DNA of 64,000 nucleotides from Clostridia bacterium (GTDB lineage Bacteria; Bacillota; Clostridia; Christensenellales; CAG-138): NCBI GenBank assembly GCA_017388175.1, contig JAFOTD010000073.1, positions 206 to 64,205 of the forward strand, read 5' to 3'. Shown piece by piece: positions 62,062 to 64,000 of this stretch (position 1 is its first letter; each line of letters starts with the position of its first letter). The notes under the pieces were generated by a model. It saw only the letters and a program-made list of their open reading frames with translations, ran no database searches and was not told where the DNA came from. The position numbers and the translations under genes were made by a program.

Positions 62062-62802
62062 ATGCTGATCTTATCGGTTGCGATCGTTGTGCTGGCGCTT
62101 GACCAGTTTTTAAAATATTGGATCATGTCTTCCCACGTGGTCGGCACGCTCGGTTATACCGGTTCGTGGTATGATCTGTCTGCGTTGCGCACGTTTCTGT
62201 CGAACAGCGTGGTTTCGCAGCAGAACGCGATCCCTCAGAACGGAACGTTCGTCGTGCTGAGCTTCACGCCGAATGACGCAGCGCTGTGGGGGATCGGGAA
62301 CGGAAACCCGTGGGCGTCGCGCCTGCTGCTTGCGCTGACTTCAGTTTTCGTTTTTCTGCTGATCTTTTTCGCAATTCGCACGCGTAAAAAGCTGCCGAAG
62401 CTGTCCGCGGTTATCGCCGGACTTTTGATCGGGGGCTCACTCGGCAATCTGTACGACCGCGTTGCGTTCGGCTACGTGCGCGATATGATCTGCACAAGGT
62501 TTATTGATTTCCCTGTTTTTAACATTGCGGACTCGGCAATCTGTATCGCGATTGCGCTGCTGCTCTTTGAGGCGTTTTTCAGAAAGGTCGGCGTGTTTGA
62601 ATGCTTTGAAGACGATTTCCGGTATCTGTTCCGCATGCCGACACGTGAGGAAGCGGCCGAAAAAGCAAAGGCGCGAAAGAAAAACAAGCTTTCGCGTTTC
62701 GAAGAGCTGATTCCCGAAGATGAAACAGAGGAGGACGCGGAGGAATCGCATGGAGACGGAAACGATCCTGCTGATCGCGGAGACGGAAGCGCCGAGAATT
62801 GA
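62062..62802 (+). CDS. lspA: Lipoprotein signal peptidase II with an enlarged extracytoplasmic loop and an acidic C-terminal tail
   Basis: GGSLGNLYDRVAFGYVRD and FPVFNIADSAICIA (catalytic Asp motifs). At 246 aa it is longer than the roughly 160 aa typical of the family. Confidence 0.85.
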   Translation: MLILSVAIVVLALDQFLKYWIMSSHVVGTLGYTGSWYDLSALRTFLSNSVVSQQNAIPQNGTFVVLSFTPNDAALWGIGNGNPWASRLLLALTSVFVFLLIFFAIRTRKKLPKLSAVIAGLLIGGSLGNLYDRVAFGYVRDMICTRFIDFPVFNIADSAICIAIALLLFEAFFRKVGVFECFEDDFRYLFRMPTREEAAEKAKARKKNKLSRFEELIPEDETEEDAEESHGDGNDPADRGDGSAEN

Positions 62803-63703
62803 CGCGTATCTTGCGGAAAATACTGCGTTTTCTCGCTCGAAGATTCAAAATCTGATCAAGGCAGGCGCGGTCGAGAAAAACGGAAAGCAATGCAAGGCAA
62901 ACGCCGAGGTAAAGACCGGCGATTCGATCCGCATGCATGTTCAACGGGAAACCGGAGTGTCGATGCCGACGCCGGAAAATATACCGCTTGACGTGATTTA
63001 CGAAGATGCGGATCTTGCTGTCATCAATAAACCCAAGGGTATGGTTGTGCATCCTGCGCCCGGAAATGAAACCGGAACGCTCGTTAACGCGCTGCTATTC
63101 CGGTTTCGAACGTTATCGGATACGGGCGGCGCAACACGGCCGGGGATTGTACACCGCATCGACCGGATGACGAGCGGTCTTCTTGTGGTCGCGAAAAACG
63201 ACGCGGCGCACGAGGCGCTTGCAAAACAGTTTGCTCTGCATACGGCACATCGTGAATACCTTTGTCTGGTTCACGGGAATCTTAAGGATGAAAGCGGAAC
63301 GATCGACGCGTCGATCGGCCGGCATAAAACAGACCGCAAAAAAATGGCGGTAACGGAGGATGGACGCCGCGCGGTCACGCATTGGCGGGTCTTGCAGCGC
63401 TTCGGCACGGAAACGCTTCTGGACGTACGATTGGAAACCGGAAGAACGCATCAGATCCGCGTTCACATGGCGTTTATCAAACACCCGATTCTCGGGGATG
63501 AAGTTTACGGATCGTCCGCGCCGAAGCTCGGGTTAAACGGGCAGGCGCTGCACGGATACCGTTTGACGTTTCAGCATCCGAAGACCGGCGAAACGATGTC
63601 GTTTACCGCACCGCTTCCGGATGATTTTGTCACGGCGCTCAATCGCCTCGGCGGAACGGTTCCGAACGAGCTGTTTTCGCAGGACACGAATCAATCCGTG
63701 TGA
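62750..63703 (+). CDS. rluD: RluA-family 23S rRNA pseudouridine synthase (RluD-like)
   Basis: ATG 62750 follows GAGGAA. S4 domain (RIDAYLAEN...SRSKIQNLIKAG) and catalytic HRIDRMTSGLLVVAK. Confidence 0.9.
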   Translation: METETILLIAETEAPRIDAYLAENTAFSRSKIQNLIKAGAVEKNGKQCKANAEVKTGDSIRMHVQRETGVSMPTPENIPLDVIYEDADLAVINKPKGMVVHPAPGNETGTLVNALLFRFRTLSDTGGATRPGIVHRIDRMTSGLLVVAKNDAAHEALAKQFALHTAHREYLCLVHGNLKDESGTIDASIGRHKTDRKKMAVTEDGRRAVTHWRVLQRFGTETLLDVRLETGRTHQIRVHMAFIKHPILGDEVYGSSAPKLGLNGQALHGYRLTFQHPKTGETMSFTAPLPDDFVTALNRLGGTVPNELFSQDTNQSV

Positions 63704-63796
63704 GAAACTGCAACATTTTGACCTTTTGCATTGTCTATATACAGAGGAGAACCTTTTACAGAAGGAAACTGAAATGGATCAAAGGAGAACAGAAGA

Positions 63797-64000
63797 ATGA
63801 ACAGAATCAAAAGACTGACGGCTCTGCTGATTGCGGCTATCATGCTGTTTGGCCTTACGGCATGCACAGGGTGGCGCATCAAAAAGGATGAGACCGGCAC
63901 AACGGAAACTCCGGCGGCGACAGTTCCGACCGATGCTCCGTCTAACGGTGCAACGCAAGCGCCCTCAAGCGAGCAACCGTATCAGCCTACGGAAGCGGAT
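63797..64000 (+). CDS. Lipoprotein, 3'-truncated by the window edge
   Basis: AAAGGAGA SD precedes ATG 63797. MNRIKRLTALLIAAIMLFGLTAC contains a lipobox, and the frame is open to the window end. It is not in the ORF track because no stop is reached. Confidence 0.55.
   Translation, partial: MNRIKRLTALLIAAIMLFGLTACTGWRIKKDETGTTETPAATVPTDAPSNGATQAPSSEQPYQPTEAD

Overview
This is a 64-kb chromosomal segment from an endospore-forming Firmicute. It looks Clostridia-like; coding lines I hand-counted run about 55-60% G+C. It is densely packed with core genes on both strands.

Gene content, left to right:
- Tail of a V-type ATPase operon (subunits B and D), a QueG-like Fe-S protein, and a Bacillus-type large SRP RNA.
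- L-serine dehydratase sdaAB/sdaAA, two tandem zinc-ribbon membrane paralogues, and a dTMP-kinase-like gene.
- A sporulation block: spoIIE-spoIIGA-sigE, with sigG convergent.
- A metallophosphoesterase lipoprotein, an AT-rich intergenic island, and a PAP2 phosphatase plus lipoprotein.
- A tRNA-Thr/tRNA-Pro pair, then mntP with two phosphodiester-glycosidase paralogues.
- ttcA, an NTPase, a methyltransferase, an E2-like acyltransferase and a U32 peptidase.
- A long co-directional block that matches the B. subtilis order: spoIIIAA-AH, asp23/amaP/DUF2273, nusB, a TsaD-like gene, xseA, xseB, ispA, dxs, tlyA, nadK, argR, recN, spoIVB and Spo0A-like genes.
- deoB, punA, cysS, a cohesin-like surface protein, an ECF S-component with folC and a HAD hydrolase.
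- A radical-SAM gene with an NlpC/P60 peptidase, an ABC-F ATPase, glycerate kinase, pdp, polA, coaE, an SLT transglycosylase, lspA, rluD and a partial lipoprotein.

I saw no transposase, integrase, prophage, CRISPR array or recognisable defence system, so this is mostly an ordinary core region.

Most unusual observations:
1. The syntenic spo0A position holds a Spo0A paralogue whose receiver domain lacks the canonical phospho-acceptor pocket. It is translationally coupled to a receiver-less Spo0A_C-only protein.
2. sigG is inverted relative to sigE, and the two stop codons overlap.
3. spoIIE, spoIIGA and sigE are fused into one coupled unit, and the spoIIGA frame runs on into sigE.
4. SpoIIIAF is only 55 aa.
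5. An intergenic island of about 30% G+C carries an inverted repeat that contains Shine-Dalgarno (SD) sequences on both strands.
6. The glycerate kinase carries a Cys-rich N-terminal extension.

All functional calls come from motif and similarity recognition by eye. No database search was run.
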